From Candidatus Saccharimonadota bacterium (lineage in GTDB: Bacteria > Bacteroidota > Bacteroidia > Flavobacteriales > Blattabacteriaceae), in the NCBI RefSeq assembly GCF_024818015.1, contig NZ_CP093908.1, positions 150,001 through 182,000 of the forward strand: DNA of 32,000 nucleotides. The letters are read 5' to 3'. The position numbers were made by a program, and so were the translations under genes. Below are positions 21,088 through 30,798 of the stretch, in pieces (within the stretch, counting starts at the first letter, position 1; each line of letters starts with the position of its first letter). The notes under the pieces were generated by a model that was not told the DNA's origin, did no database searches, and was given only the letters and a program-made list of their open reading frames with translations.

Positions 21088-21158
21088 CAGACCCGTAGGG
21101 ATTTGAACCCCAACTAACAGAACCAAAATCTGCTGTGCTACCATTACACAACGAGTCT
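21088..21158 (-). tRNA. tRNA-Gln, anticodon UUG
   Basis: The reverse complement is AGACTCG-TT-GTGT...GCAC-A-GCAGA-TTTTGGT-TCTGT-...-GGGGTTCAAATCCCT...CGGGTCT-G, 71 nt. Confidence 0.85.
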
Positions 21159-21199
21159 TAGGAAAAGTAAAATTATATTAATATTAAATAAATAAAATT

Positions 21200-22381
21200 A
21201 TGTTATCAGATAGGATTCTAAATATGGGATATTCTAAAACATTAGAAATGACTTCTAAAGCAAGAAAATTAAAAGAATTAGGATATAATGTAATTAATTT
21301 AAGTGTAGGGGAACCTAATTTTTATCCTCCATCTTTTATTTTAGATGCCGCTAAAAAAGCTATAGATGAAGGATATCATTATTATACTCCTATATCAGGA
21401 ATATTAGATCTTAAAAAGAAGATATGTAATAAATTTAAACGTGATAATAATCTTAATTATAAGATTTCACAAATAGTCATAAGTAATGGAGTTAAACAAT
21501 CAATTATCAATTTATTTTTATCATTATTAAATAAAAATGATGAAGTGATAATACCTTCCCCTTATTGGGTAAGTTATTATGAAATGGTAAAATTTTGTCA
21601 GGCTAAACCTATTATTATACCAACTACAATAGAAGATGATTTTAAAATAACTTCTAAGCAATTAGAAACTGTAATTACTTCTAAAACTAAAATATTTATA
21701 TTTAATTCTCCTTGTAATCCGACAGGAAGTGTTTACGATAAAAAAGAATTAAAAAATATAGTTAAAATATTATCTAAATATTCTAAGATTATTATTATTT
21801 CTGATGAAATATATGAGTATATCATTTATGATAAAAAACACATAAGTATTGCTTCTTTTCCTGAAATTTATAATCAAACAGTTACATTAAATGGTCTTTC
21901 TAAATCATTTTCTATGACAGGATGGAGGGTAGGATATATGGGAGCTCCAGAGTGGATTGCTAAAGCTTGTGATAAAATCCAAGGTCAGACCACATCATGT
22001 GTAAATGCTATAGCACAACGTGCTTCTATTGTGGCATTAACATATAATCCTAAATTCTTATTAAGTAAAATAATATCTGAATTTAAATTTCGAAGAGATT
22101 TAGTAAGAAATCTGATAAAGAATATTCCTCAATTTCAATTTAAAACACCAGAAGGAGCTTTTTATATATTTCTAGATATTTCTGCTTTATTAGAAGATAA
22201 AAAATATAATTCATATATTAAATCATCAAATGATTTTGCAATGTATTTACTTAATAAATGTCATATAGCTACAGTTTCAGGAGAATCTTTTGGGTATAAA
22301 AATGGCCTTAGGATATCATATGCTAATTCTAAAGAAAATCTTATTGAAGCTTTTAAAAGAATGAAAAAATTATTAAAATAA
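21200..22381 (+). CDS. aspC: Class I pyridoxal-phosphate aminotransferase (aspartate/aromatic aminotransferase)
   Basis: 393 aa. LSVGEPNF, NSPCNPTG, and the PLP-lysine motif LNGLSKSFSMTGWRVGY. Confidence 0.85.
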   Translation: MLSDRILNMGYSKTLEMTSKARKLKELGYNVINLSVGEPNFYPPSFILDAAKKAIDEGYHYYTPISGILDLKKKICNKFKRDNNLNYKISQIVISNGVKQSIINLFLSLLNKNDEVIIPSPYWVSYYEMVKFCQAKPIIIPTTIEDDFKITSKQLETVITSKTKIFIFNSPCNPTGSVYDKKELKNIVKILSKYSKIIIISDEIYEYIIYDKKHISIASFPEIYNQTVTLNGLSKSFSMTGWRVGYMGAPEWIAKACDKIQGQTTSCVNAIAQRASIVALTYNPKFLLSKIISEFKFRRDLVRNLIKNIPQFQFKTPEGAFYIFLDISALLEDKKYNSYIKSSNDFAMYLLNKCHIATVSGESFGYKNGLRISYANSKENLIEAFKRMKKLLK

Positions 22382-22386
22382 TTAAA

Positions 22387-22665
22387 ATGGCACACCCTAA
22401 AAGGAAACAATCTAAATCTAGAAAGAAGAAAAGAAGAACTTCTTACACTATTTCTAGTCCAAAATTAGGAATAGATATAAAAACTAAACAGTTACATCTA
22501 TATCATAGAGCACATTGGTATGAAAAAAATTTATTTTATAAAGGCAAATTATTATTTATTAAAAATAAATACATTTTTTTTTTAAGTAAATCATTAATTG
22601 GAAATTATCAATATTTTAATTTATTTAAATATTTATTAATAAATAAATATGATTTTTCTCTATAG
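22387..22665 (+). CDS. rpmF: 50S ribosomal protein L32 with ~30-aa non-conserved C-terminal extension
   Basis: The MAHPKRKQSKSRKKKRRTSY N-terminus and LHLYHRAHWYEKNLFYKGK are L32-like. The ORF then runs on through AT-rich sequence to a stop inside the 41-bp repeat. Confidence 0.8.
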   Translation: MAHPKRKQSKSRKKKRRTSYTISSPKLGIDIKTKQLHLYHRAHWYEKNLFYKGKLLFIKNKYIFFLSKSLIGNYQYFNLFKYLLINKYDFSL

Positions 22666-22727
22666 TAATTTTTGTATAGAGAAAATAATATGATTTTTCT
22701 CTATAGTAATTTTTGTATAGAGAAAAT
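22646..22727. repeat. 41-bp tandem duplication, each copy carrying an 11-bp-stem hairpin
   Basis: The unit is aatatgatttttctctatagtaatttttgtatagagaaaat. Copies lie at 22646-22686 and 22687-22727, and they read as identical. A partial third copy, aatat, starts at 22728. Confidence 0.95.
22654..22726. terminator. Two tandem hairpins, candidate bidirectional terminators
   Basis: The stem is TTTTCTCTATA / TATAGAGAAAA with a 10-nt loop. The arms lie at 22654-22664/22675-22685 and 22695-22705/22716-22726. They sit between convergent rpmF and pdhB. T-runs flank both sides. The function is inferred. Confidence 0.4.
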
Positions 22728-23672
22728 AATATCCTTTTTCTGAGGATACCAATTTTTTATTAAATTATTAGCATAAGGTGCCGGGGTATCTTGTACTGTT
22801 ATTCTTTTAATTGGAGCATCTAAATAATCAAAAGCTTCTTGTTGAATAACATAAGCTATTTCAGAAGAAATAGCAGCTAATGGCCAAGATTCTTCTAATA
22901 AAAGTAATCTATTAGTTTTTTTTATAGAATTAATAATAGTTTTATAATCTAACGGACGTATAGTACGTAAATCTATAATTTCTACACTTAGATTTGTTTT
23001 TTCAAGTTCTAAAGCAACATCTAATGCTATTTTTATTATTTTACCAAAAGTAACGATTGTTACATCATTGCCTTTTTTTTTTACATTAGCTAACCCTAAT
23101 GGCAGAGTATATTCTTCAATAGGAATAATCATTTTCTCTCCATACATTTGTTCAGATTCCATAAAAAGGACTACATCATTATCACGTATTGATGATTTTA
23201 AAAGACCTTTGGCATCATAAGGATTAGAAGGAATTACTACTTTTAATCCTGGACAATTAGCATACCAACTTTCAAAAGATTGAGAATGTGTAGAACCTAA
23301 TTGGCCGGCAAAACCTGTTGGTCCTCTAAAAACTATCGGAAGATTCCATTGTCCTCCACTCATTTGCCTTATTTTAGCAGCATTATTAATTATTTGATCC
23401 ATAGCTACTAATGAAAAATTAAAAGTCATAAATTCAATAATAGGACGACACCCATTCATAGCTGATCCAATCCCTATCCCAGAAAATCCTAATTCAGATA
23501 TTGGAGTATCAATGATTCTTTTGTAACCAAATTCTTTTAGCATCCCTTTAGAAGCTTTATATGCTCCATTATATTCTGCTACTTCTTCTCCCATTAAATA
23601 GATGGTTTCATCTCTTCTCATTTCTTCACTCATAGCTGCAACTATAACTTCTCTAAAACTCATTTCTTTCAT
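22701..23672 (-). CDS. pdhB: Pyruvate (2-oxo acid) dehydrogenase E1 component, beta subunit
   Basis: 323 aa. FREVIVAAMSEEMRRDETIYLMGEEVAEYNGAYKASKGML..., IIDTPISELGFSGIGIGSAMNG, and a transketolase-like pyrimidine-binding plus C-terminal domain. Confidence 0.9.
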   Translation of the reverse strand: MKEMSFREVIVAAMSEEMRRDETIYLMGEEVAEYNGAYKASKGMLKEFGYKRIIDTPISELGFSGIGIGSAMNGCRPIIEFMTFNFSLVAMDQIINNAAKIRQMSGGQWNLPIVFRGPTGFAGQLGSTHSQSFESWYANCPGLKVVIPSNPYDAKGLLKSSIRDNDVVLFMESEQMYGEKMIIPIEEYTLPLGLANVKKKGNDVTIVTFGKIIKIALDVALELEKTNLSVEIIDLRTIRPLDYKTIINSIKKTNRLLLLEESWPLAAISSEIAYVIQQEAFDYLDAPIKRITVQDTPAPYANNLIKNWYPQKKDIIFSIQKLL

Positions 23673-23797
23673 AGAAAAAAAATTATTAAAAAGAAAAATA
23701 TAATGATTAAAATTATAAAATTATTAATTCAATTATTATTTTATTTAACGAAATATATATTATATAAATTATTTTTTAAATAGGAGCGAAACGAAAC

Positions 23798-24835
23798 TTA
23801 CAACTTACATAAGTAGGATAGTAATCTTTTTTTACGAGAAGATTTTTTTAATCTTTTAATTGCATGCATTTCTATTTGTCGGCAACGTTCTCTAGTTAAT
23901 CTTAATAGATAAGCTATTTTTTCTAAATTCATTGAAAAACATCCTAATCCATAATGTAATGTAATTATTTGAGATTCTCTTTCTGAAAGAGTTTCTAATA
24001 ATATTTTTATATCTTGTTGAAGAGATTCTTTTTCTAAAGAGTGATCAGTTTTAGGTGATTCAGAAATGTTTATAACATCATATAAATTAGAATTATCTCC
24101 CTCGCCAAGAGCAGGGGCATCTAAAGATGTATGTTTAATTGAATTTATCAGAGCTTCCTCAACATCTTTTTCACTTACATTTAAATAGTCACTAATATAT
24201 TTTATTGATGGAGGCATTTTAATTTTTTGTTCTAATTTAGAATATGTTTTATTAACTTTATTATAAAATGCTAGTTTGTTGGTAGGATAACGTACACAAC
24301 GAGCTTTATCCGATATAGCTTGTAAGATAGATTGTCTTATCCACCAGACACAATAAGAAATACATTTAAATCCCTTTCTTTCATCAAAACGATTTATTCC
24401 TTTTATGAGACCATAATTTCCTTCATTAATTAAATCTGATAAACTTAATCCTTGATTTTGATATTGTTTTGCTACAGAAATTACAAATCTTAAATTTGCT
24501 TTAACTAAATTATCAATTGCGTATTTTTTTATTCCCTTTTTAGGAAATTTTCTTAAGATAGCGGTTAATTTTTTTATTTTTAATATGACTTTACTTTTTT
24601 TTTGAAATTGTTTCAATAGTTTCCATTTTTTAAATAATTTTTTGAAGATTGATTCTATTTCAGAATTATAGATAGATCCTACTCGGGCTAATTTAGCCCA
24701 AAAGAATTCTTCTTCTTGACTTAATAATGGGAGATTACTTATCTCAAGTAAAAATTTATCTAAAGACTCAGATTCTCCATTAGTAATAGGATCAGTATCA
24801 GGCTCACGCTCACTAATAATGTTTTGTTTTTTCAT
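23798..24835 (-). CDS. rpoD: RNA polymerase primary sigma factor (sigma-70 family, Bacteroidota sigma-A type)
   Basis: Region 2 is NLRFVISVAKQYQNQGLSLSDLINEGNYGLIKGINRFDERKGFKCISYCVWWIRQSI. Region 4.2 is LTRERCRQIEMHAIKRLK. Confidence 0.9.
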   Translation of the reverse strand: MKKQNIISEREPDTDPITNGESESLDKFLLEISNLPLLSQEEEFFWAKLARVGSIYNSEIESIFKKLFKKWKLLKQFQKKSKVILKIKKLTAILRKFPKKGIKKYAIDNLVKANLRFVISVAKQYQNQGLSLSDLINEGNYGLIKGINRFDERKGFKCISYCVWWIRQSILQAISDKARCVRYPTNKLAFYNKVNKTYSKLEQKIKMPPSIKYISDYLNVSEKDVEEALINSIKHTSLDAPALGEGDNSNLYDVINISESPKTDHSLEKESLQQDIKILLETLSERESQIITLHYGLGCFSMNLEKIAYLLRLTRERCRQIEMHAIKRLKKSSRKKRLLSYLCKL

Positions 24836-24856
24836 ATTAAGAAATGTTTTGTTGTT

Positions 24857-27007
24857 TTAAATATGATAATTACGATAAAAAAGAATTTTATGGGATAATT
24901 TAATTTTTCCTAATTTCTTATTTTTACCCAAATATTTTACGTATATTATATCTCCTGTTCTTATAAAATTTTTTACTTTAGTTAATATTTTCCAAGAAAT
25001 TTCTGATATATGTAATAATCCTTCTACAGATTTAGATATTTCAACTAAAACACAAAATTTTTTTCTATTTTTAACTTTAGCTTTATAAATTTTTCCTACT
25101 TTAGGAACAAAAGTAATGTTTTTTATTTTTAAAATTGCTGATTTTAATTTTGTTTCATTTTTTCCTAAAATTTCAATTATACCTAGTTTTTCTTTTTCTT
25201 TTATTTTAATATTAGTTTCTGTAGAAACTTGGATTTCTTGTATGATTTTTCCCCCAGAACCTATTACCGTTCCTATCAATTTTTTGGGTATATAAAAAGT
25301 ATAAATTTTAGGAGCTGGAAACTTAAGTGATTTTCTAGGACAACTTAAAGTTGTAAGCATCTTTTTTATTAGAAATAATAACCCTTTTTTTGCTTTAAAA
25401 ATTGTATTTGATAGTACATCATAAGTAATTCCAGAGATTTTCATATCCATTTGACATGCTGTAATACCATATTCAGTCCCTGTCATTTTAAAGTCCATAT
25501 CTCCTATATAGTCTTCATCTCCTAATATATCTGAAAGAATTATGGCTTCACCTGTTAAATAATTCATAATTAACCCCATAGATATTCCTGAAACTGGTCT
25601 TTTAACAGTAATCCCTGCATCCATTAATGCTAATGTACTAGCACATACAGTAGCCATAGAAGAAGATCCATTTGATTCTAATACATCTGATACTACTCTT
25701 AGAGTATAAGGAGTTACAATTATATTTTTCAAAGCACGTTGAGCTAAATTTCCATGTCCAATTTCACGTCTTGAGACTCCTTTTAAGAATTTAATTTCTC
25801 CAGTTGAAAAAGGAGGGAAATTATAATGTAAGTAAAATCTTTGTTTGGCTCGTATAATAGCATTATCAATTTGATTAACATCTAATGATGAACCTAAAGT
25901 AACTGTAGATAATGCTTGTGTTTCTCCTCTTGTAAAAATTGCAGATCCATGTACACCAGGCAAACAATCTACTTTACTACAAATAGTTCTAATATCATCT
26001 AATGATCTACCATCTAAACGAATATTTTCTTTTAAAAGAATCTTTTTAATTATTTCTTTTTTGATTTCATCAAAGATAATATCAATTTCAATATTATTAA
26101 TTACAATGCTATCATTAGATAAATGAAATTTTATTTCATTTAAAATCTTCTCAATTTGTTTAGAACGTTTTTGTTGAAATAAACAACCTTTATAGATATA
26201 ATAAATATCTTCATAATAGAAAAAATTTATTTTTTCTTTTATATAAAAAACTTTTAAATTAAAATTTAAATATTTATAATAATAATTATACAATTTAATA
26301 TTGTATAATCTCTTATTAAGAAATTTTTTCTTTTTAGTAATTAAACTAATTTGAGCTTCAATTTGTAATTGAATATACTTATGTGCTTTAACTATTGCTT
26401 CCATCATCTCTATTTCAGAGATCTCTCTCATTTCTCCTTCTACAAGAAGAATATAATTATTAGTTCCTCCTACTATTAAATCTAACTCTGCTTTTTTCAA
26501 TTCTTCAATCCCAGGATTAATAATAAATGCATCATTAATTCGTATTATACGAACTGTTGATACTGGCCCCTTAAAATAAATTTCTGATATAGAAACCGCC
26601 GTAGAAGCTACTAATCCAGCTAATCCATCAGGCAATACATTTATATCATATGATAACAAAGATATCATTATTTGTATTTCCTGATAATAATTGTCTTTAA
26701 AAAGTGGACGTAATAAACGATCTACTAATCTCATAATTAATATTTCTTCCTCAGATGGCCTCCCTTCACGTTTTATATATCCACCTGGAATTTTTCCGCC
26801 AGCTGAATATTTTTCCCTATAATCGATAGTAAGAGGTATAAATTTTAAATCCTCTTTGTATTCTTTGTAAATTACTACAGTGGCTAATAAGCTAGTATTT
26901 CCCATACGAACTACAGCTGATCCATTAGCTTTACGCGCAAATTTTCCAGTTTCTATGCTTAAAGCACGTCCATCTTCTAAAAAAAGATTTTCTTTTATTA
27001 GGATCAT
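24857..27007 (-). CDS. pnp: Polyribonucleotide nucleotidyltransferase (PNPase)
   Basis: 716 aa with two RNase PH-like domains, a KH motif (IGSGGKIIQEI) and a C-terminal S1 domain (GKIYKAKVKN...GLLHISE). It lies downstream of rpsO as usual, with an ATGA overlap. Confidence 0.92.
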   Translation of the reverse strand: MILIKENLFLEDGRALSIETGKFARKANGSAVVRMGNTSLLATVVIYKEYKEDLKFIPLTIDYREKYSAGGKIPGGYIKREGRPSEEEILIMRLVDRLLRPLFKDNYYQEIQIMISLLSYDINVLPDGLAGLVASTAVSISEIYFKGPVSTVRIIRINDAFIINPGIEELKKAELDLIVGGTNNYILLVEGEMREISEIEMMEAIVKAHKYIQLQIEAQISLITKKKKFLNKRLYNIKLYNYYYKYLNFNLKVFYIKEKINFFYYEDIYYIYKGCLFQQKRSKQIEKILNEIKFHLSNDSIVINNIEIDIIFDEIKKEIIKKILLKENIRLDGRSLDDIRTICSKVDCLPGVHGSAIFTRGETQALSTVTLGSSLDVNQIDNAIIRAKQRFYLHYNFPPFSTGEIKFLKGVSRREIGHGNLAQRALKNIIVTPYTLRVVSDVLESNGSSSMATVCASTLALMDAGITVKRPVSGISMGLIMNYLTGEAIILSDILGDEDYIGDMDFKMTGTEYGITACQMDMKISGITYDVLSNTIFKAKKGLLFLIKKMLTTLSCPRKSLKFPAPKIYTFYIPKKLIGTVIGSGGKIIQEIQVSTETNIKIKEKEKLGIIEILGKNETKLKSAILKIKNITFVPKVGKIYKAKVKNRKKFCVLVEISKSVEGLLHISEISWKILTKVKNFIRTGDIIYVKYLGKNKKLGKIKLSHKILFYRNYHI

Positions 27008-27240
27008 TTTTGAGTCTTATTTTTTTTTTCTATATATTTAAGTAACTTTTTTCTTTTAGAAACTAAAATTTGTAGAGATCTTTCTGTATTAAAATCCTTT
27101 TTATTATATTTCAGATGATTGGTTAGATTTTTTATTTTAAATGTTAATAAGGCGATTTGTACTATACAATTCCCAGTATCAGATTCTGATAATCCATAAT
27201 TTTTAATTATTATTTTTTTTTTATTTGAATTTAAATCCAT
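27004..27240 (-). CDS. rpsO: 30S ribosomal protein S15 (short)
   Basis: DTGNCIVQIALLTFKIKNLTNHLKYNKKDFNTERSLQILVSKRKKLLKYI is the S15 pattern (TG..EVQ.A.LT..I..LT.HLK..KKD..SRRGL). Confidence 0.88.
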   Translation of the reverse strand: MDLNSNKKKIIIKNYGLSESDTGNCIVQIALLTFKIKNLTNHLKYNKKDFNTERSLQILVSKRKKLLKYIEKKNKTQK

Positions 27241-27326
27241 TATTTTTTGAATATTAATTATATATTATAAATATATATATCTAATAATAGATATATAGAT
27301 ATATTAAACTATTTATTTAAACTTTT

Positions 27327-27569
27327 ATGAGAAAAAAAATTCATCCTGACAATTATAGGATTGTTGTATTTAAAGATATGACTAGTAATCAAAGTTTTTT
27401 TTGTAAATCAACTATTAAAACAAAAGATAAGATTAATTTAAATGGGAAAGAATATCCATTATATAAAATGGAAATCTCAAGTTATTCTCATCCTTTTTAT
27501 ACAGGACATATTAAATATGTAGATTCTACTGGAAGAATAGAGAAATTTAATAAAAAATATAAATTATAA
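27327..27569 (+). CDS. rpmE: 50S ribosomal protein L31 (type B, no zinc-binding cysteine pairs)
   Basis: [17 protein letters not shown]...[10 protein letters not shown]...[14 protein letters not shown]. Confidence 0.88.
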   Translation: MRKKIHPDNYRIVVFKDMTSNQSFFCKSTIKTKDKINLNGKEYPLYKMEISSYSHPFYTGHIKYVDSTGRIEKFNKKYKL

Positions 27570-27952
27570 TGCCAACTATACAGCAACTTGTAAGAAAAAG
27601 GAGAAAGAATATAAAAAAAAAAAGTAAATCGATGGCTTTAAATTGTTGTCCTCAACGTAGAGGAGTATGTACAAGGGTATATACAACTACTCCTAAAAAA
27701 CCTAATTCTGCAATGAGAAAAGTAGCCCGAGTTCGTTTAACAAATGGAAAGGAAGTAAATGCATATATTCCAGGAGAAGGACATAATCTTCAAGAACATT
27801 CTATTGTCTTAATAAGAGGTGGAAGAGTAAAAGATTTACCAGGTGTTCGTTATCATATAATACGTGGAGCTTTAGATACAGCGGGAGTTAAAGATAGAAA
27901 AAAAGCTCGTAGTAAATATGGAGCCAAGTGTTCTAAACAAAAGAAAAAATGA
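27569..27952 (+). CDS. rpsL: 30S ribosomal protein S12
   Basis: [10 protein letters not shown]..., [56 protein letters not shown]. Confidence 0.97.
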   Translation: MPTIQQLVRKRRKNIKKKSKSMALNCCPQRRGVCTRVYTTTPKKPNSAMRKVARVRLTNGKEVNAYIPGEGHNLQEHSIVLIRGGRVKDLPGVRYHIIRGALDTAGVKDRKKARSKYGAKCSKQKKK

Positions 27953-28407
27953 GAAAATCCAAAATAAAAAATTATCAACCTGATCCGAGATTTAAAGATC
28001 CTTTAGTAACGCGATTTGTAAATCATTTAATGAAAGATGGTAAAAAAACTATAGCTTATAGGATATTTTATAATTGTATTTCGGAAATAGAAAAAACAAA
28101 AAAAAATGGTTTAAAAATCTGGAAAGAAGCATTAGATAATGTAAGACCTCATGTAGAAGTTAGAAGTAGACGTATTGGAGGTTCTAATATACAAGTACCA
28201 ACACAGATTCCATCTTATGTAAAAGTTACTAAAGCTATGAAATTATTAATTAGTTGTGCACGTGAAAGAAATGAAAAAAAAATGTATAAAAAATTAGCAG
28301 AAGAAATTTTATTAGCTTCTAAAAAAGAAGGAGCTGCGTTTAAAAAACGTGAAAATATTCATAAAATGGCTGAAGCTAATAAAGCATTTTCTCATTTTAA
28401 ATTTTAA
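27949..28407 (+). CDS. rpsG: 30S ribosomal protein S7
   Basis: [41 protein letters not shown], and the position after rpsL with an ATGA overlap. Confidence 0.95.
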   Translation: MRKSKIKNYQPDPRFKDPLVTRFVNHLMKDGKKTIAYRIFYNCISEIEKTKKNGLKIWKEALDNVRPHVEVRSRRIGGSNIQVPTQIPSYVKVTKAMKLLISCARERNEKKMYKKLAEEILLASKKEGAAFKKRENIHKMAEANKAFSHFKF

Positions 28408-28414
28408 TAAAAGG

Positions 28415-30496
28415 ATGAAAAATAATTTAAAATATACAAGAAATATAGGTATAGCTGCACATATTGATGCAGGAAAAACTACAACTACAGAACGGATTTT
28501 ATTTTATACTGGAATAAATCATAAAATAGGTGAAGTTCATGATGGGACAGCTACTATGGATTGGATGGAACAAGAACAAGAAAGAGGAATAACAATAACT
28601 TCTGCTGCTACAAAATGTGAATGGTTATATAATAATAACATTTATAAAATAAACATTATTGATACGCCTGGTCATGTTGATTTTACGGTAGAAGTAGAAA
28701 GATCTTTAAGAGTTTTAGATGGGATGGTAGCATTATTTAGTGCAGTAGATGGTGTAGAACCACAATCAGAAACAGTTTGGAGACAAGCAGATAAATATAA
28801 AGTACCTAGAATAGGTTTTGTCAATAAAATGGATAGACAAGGAGCAGATTTTTTTAATGTATGTGAACAAATTAAATCTAATTTAGGTGCTAATTGTTTG
28901 ATATTACAGATACCTATTGGTATAGAAGATAATTTTAAAGGAGTTGTAGATATTATATCTAAAAAAGCTATAATTTGGGATGAAAAAAACTATGGTTTAT
29001 CCTATAATATAAGAACGATGCCTGAAGGATTATTAGAATTAACTAATAAATATAGAAAGATTTTGATAGAAACTATATCTGAATATGATTATGATATAAT
29101 GGGAAAATATTTTTCTAATCCTAATGAAATATCAGAAAATGAGATTATATCATCTATTAAAAAATCTACAATCAATCTTGATCTTGTTCCAATGATTTGT
29201 GGATCCTCTTTTAAAAATAAAGGAGTACAAGTAATGTTAGATACTATCTGTCGATATTTACCATCTCCAATTGAGATAAAGGAAACAAAAGGTATAAATC
29301 CAAAAACAGAAAAAGAAGAAATCCGTAAACATAATTCTAATGAACATTTTTCTGCTTTAGCATTTAAAATAGCCACTGACTCTTTTGTAGGTCGTTTAGC
29401 TTTTTTTAGAGTCTACTCAGGCCAATTAAAGTCTGGAACATATATTTTGAACTCTCGTTCAGGAAATAAAGAACGTATATCAAGAATATATCAAATGCAT
29501 GCTAATAAACAAAACCCTGTAAATCTTATTGAAGCTGGAGATATAGGGGCTGCAGTAGGATTTAAAGATATTAAAACTGGAGATACTTTATGTGATGAAA
29601 ATTATCCAATTATATTTGAAAATATTTCATTTCCTGATCCAGTAATTGGATTAGCTATTGAACCCAAATATAAATCTGATATAGATAAAATGAGTTTAGC
29701 GTTATCTAAATTATCAGAAGAAGATCCAACTTTCATAGTACGTAATGATAAATATACTGGCCAAACCATCATATCCGGTATGGGAGAATTACATTTAGAA
29801 ATTATTTTAGATAGAATTGAAAGGGAATTTAAAGTAAAAGTTAATAAAGGGAATCCTCAGGTAGAATATAAAGAAGCATTAACTAATTCTATTGAGCATA
29901 GAGAAATATATAAAAAACAAACTGGAGGACGAGGTAAATATGCTGATATTTTATTTAAATTAGAACCTGGAAAAAAGGGGGCTCAAGGATTGGAGTTTAT
30001 AAATAAAGTAAAAGGAGGAAATATTCCAAAAGAATATATCCCGTCAATAGAAAAAGCTTTTAATGAAGCTATGAAGAATGGTCCCTTATATGGATATGAA
30101 ATAAATAATGCAAGAATTATATTAATAGATGGTTCATATCATTCTGTAGATTCTGATCAATTATCTTTTGAATTAGCTAGTAAAATTGGATTTAAAAATG
30201 CAGCAAAGAAGACAAATCCTATTATTTTAGAACCTCTAATGAAATTAGAAGTATTAACTCCTCCAGAAAATATGGGGAATATTGTAGGTGATCTAAATAG
30301 AAGAAGAGGTATTATACAAGGGATGGAAGAAAATCGAAGTAATTCCAAAATAATAAAAGCTCTTGTTCCTTTATCCGAATTATTTGGATATGTAACTATT
30401 TTACGTACATTATCTTCTGGAAGAGCTACTTCTACAATGGAATTTTATAAATATCAGCCAGCTCCAGTTCCATATAATTTTTTAAATAAAAAATGA
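28415..30496 (+). CDS. fusA: Elongation factor G
   Basis: [40 protein letters not shown]. The start is taken at ATG 28415 ([10 protein letters not shown]). The longer track ORF from 28349 overlaps the rpsG 3' end. Confidence 0.95.
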   Translation: MKNNLKYTRNIGIAAHIDAGKTTTTERILFYTGINHKIGEVHDGTATMDWMEQEQERGITITSAATKCEWLYNNNIYKINIIDTPGHVDFTVEVERSLRVLDGMVALFSAVDGVEPQSETVWRQADKYKVPRIGFVNKMDRQGADFFNVCEQIKSNLGANCLILQIPIGIEDNFKGVVDIISKKAIIWDEKNYGLSYNIRTMPEGLLELTNKYRKILIETISEYDYDIMGKYFSNPNEISENEIISSIKKSTINLDLVPMICGSSFKNKGVQVMLDTICRYLPSPIEIKETKGINPKTEKEEIRKHNSNEHFSALAFKIATDSFVGRLAFFRVYSGQLKSGTYILNSRSGNKERISRIYQMHANKQNPVNLIEAGDIGAAVGFKDIKTGDTLCDENYPIIFENISFPDPVIGLAIEPKYKSDIDKMSLALSKLSEEDPTFIVRNDKYTGQTIISGMGELHLEIILDRIEREFKVKVNKGNPQVEYKEALTNSIEHREIYKKQTGGRGKYADILFKLEPGKKGAQGLEFINKVKGGNIPKEYIPSIEKAFNEAMKNGPLYGYEINNARIILIDGSYHSVDSDQLSFELASKIGFKNAAKKTNPIILEPLMKLEVLTPPENMGNIVGDLNRRRGIIQGMEENRSNSKIIKALVPLSELFGYVTILRTLSSGRATSTMEFYKYQPAPVPYNFLNKK

Positions 30497-30798
30497 TTAT
30501 GAAGATAAAAATTAAATTAAAATCATATGATTCTTATTTATTAGATCAATCTGTTTTTAGAATAGTCAAATTTGTAATTTCAACGGGGGCAAAAGTAAAT
30601 GGTCCAATACCATTACCAACTAAAAAAACAATTTATACAGTTTTAAGATCTCCTCATGTTCATAAAAAATCTCGTGAACAATTTCAATTATCAAATTATA
30701 CAAGGTTATTAGAAATATGTAATGCTGGACCTAATACTGTAGATGCCTTAATAAAATTAGAATTAGCTAGTGGTGTTGAAGTAGAAATAAAAGTATAA
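30493..30798 (+). CDS. rpsJ: 30S ribosomal protein S10
   Basis: [20 protein letters not shown]......[30 protein letters not shown]. The true start may be the second ATG at 30499. Confidence 0.95.
   Translation: MIMKIKIKLKSYDSYLLDQSVFRIVKFVISTGAKVNGPIPLPTKKTIYTVLRSPHVHKKSREQFQLSNYTRLLEICNAGPNTVDALIKLELASGVEVEIKV

Noticed and set aside
21067-21144. N-terminal 26-codon extension of the rpsP ORF (MVAQQILVLLVGVQIPTGLQ...)
   Set aside because: It is the antisense-frame read-through of the tRNA-Gln gene (21088-21158). Canonical S16 starts at MSIKIRLQRKG (21066).
23673-23797. The largest non-coding gap (125 bp) as a possible small RNA gene (tmRNA, RNase P RNA, 4.5S) or a degraded gene
   Set aside because: It is too short and too AT-rich to fold into any of these RNAs. 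No conserved RNA motifs or ORF remnants are visible. It is most simply the rpoD 3' end / pdhB promoter spacer.
27241-27326. TA-rich low-complexity spacer (tagatata x2, atatatat) between divergent rpsO and rpmE as specific promoter elements
   Set aside because: It certainly must hold the divergent promoters. However, I could not find convincing Bacteroidota -33 TTG / -7 TAnnTTTG matches, and in this composition any TA-rich motif call would be unsupported.
27950-27952. Possible UGA-to-Trp recoding, as in some co-symbionts
   Set aside because: TGA terminates rpsL, fusA, groES, miaB and rpsO exactly where homologues end, and Trp is encoded by TGG throughout. The standard bacterial code applies.
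28349-28414. N-terminal 22-codon extension of the fusA ORF ([22 protein letters not shown])
   Set aside because: It overlaps the rpsG 3' end in another frame. EF-G homology begins at [22 protein letters not shown] (28415).
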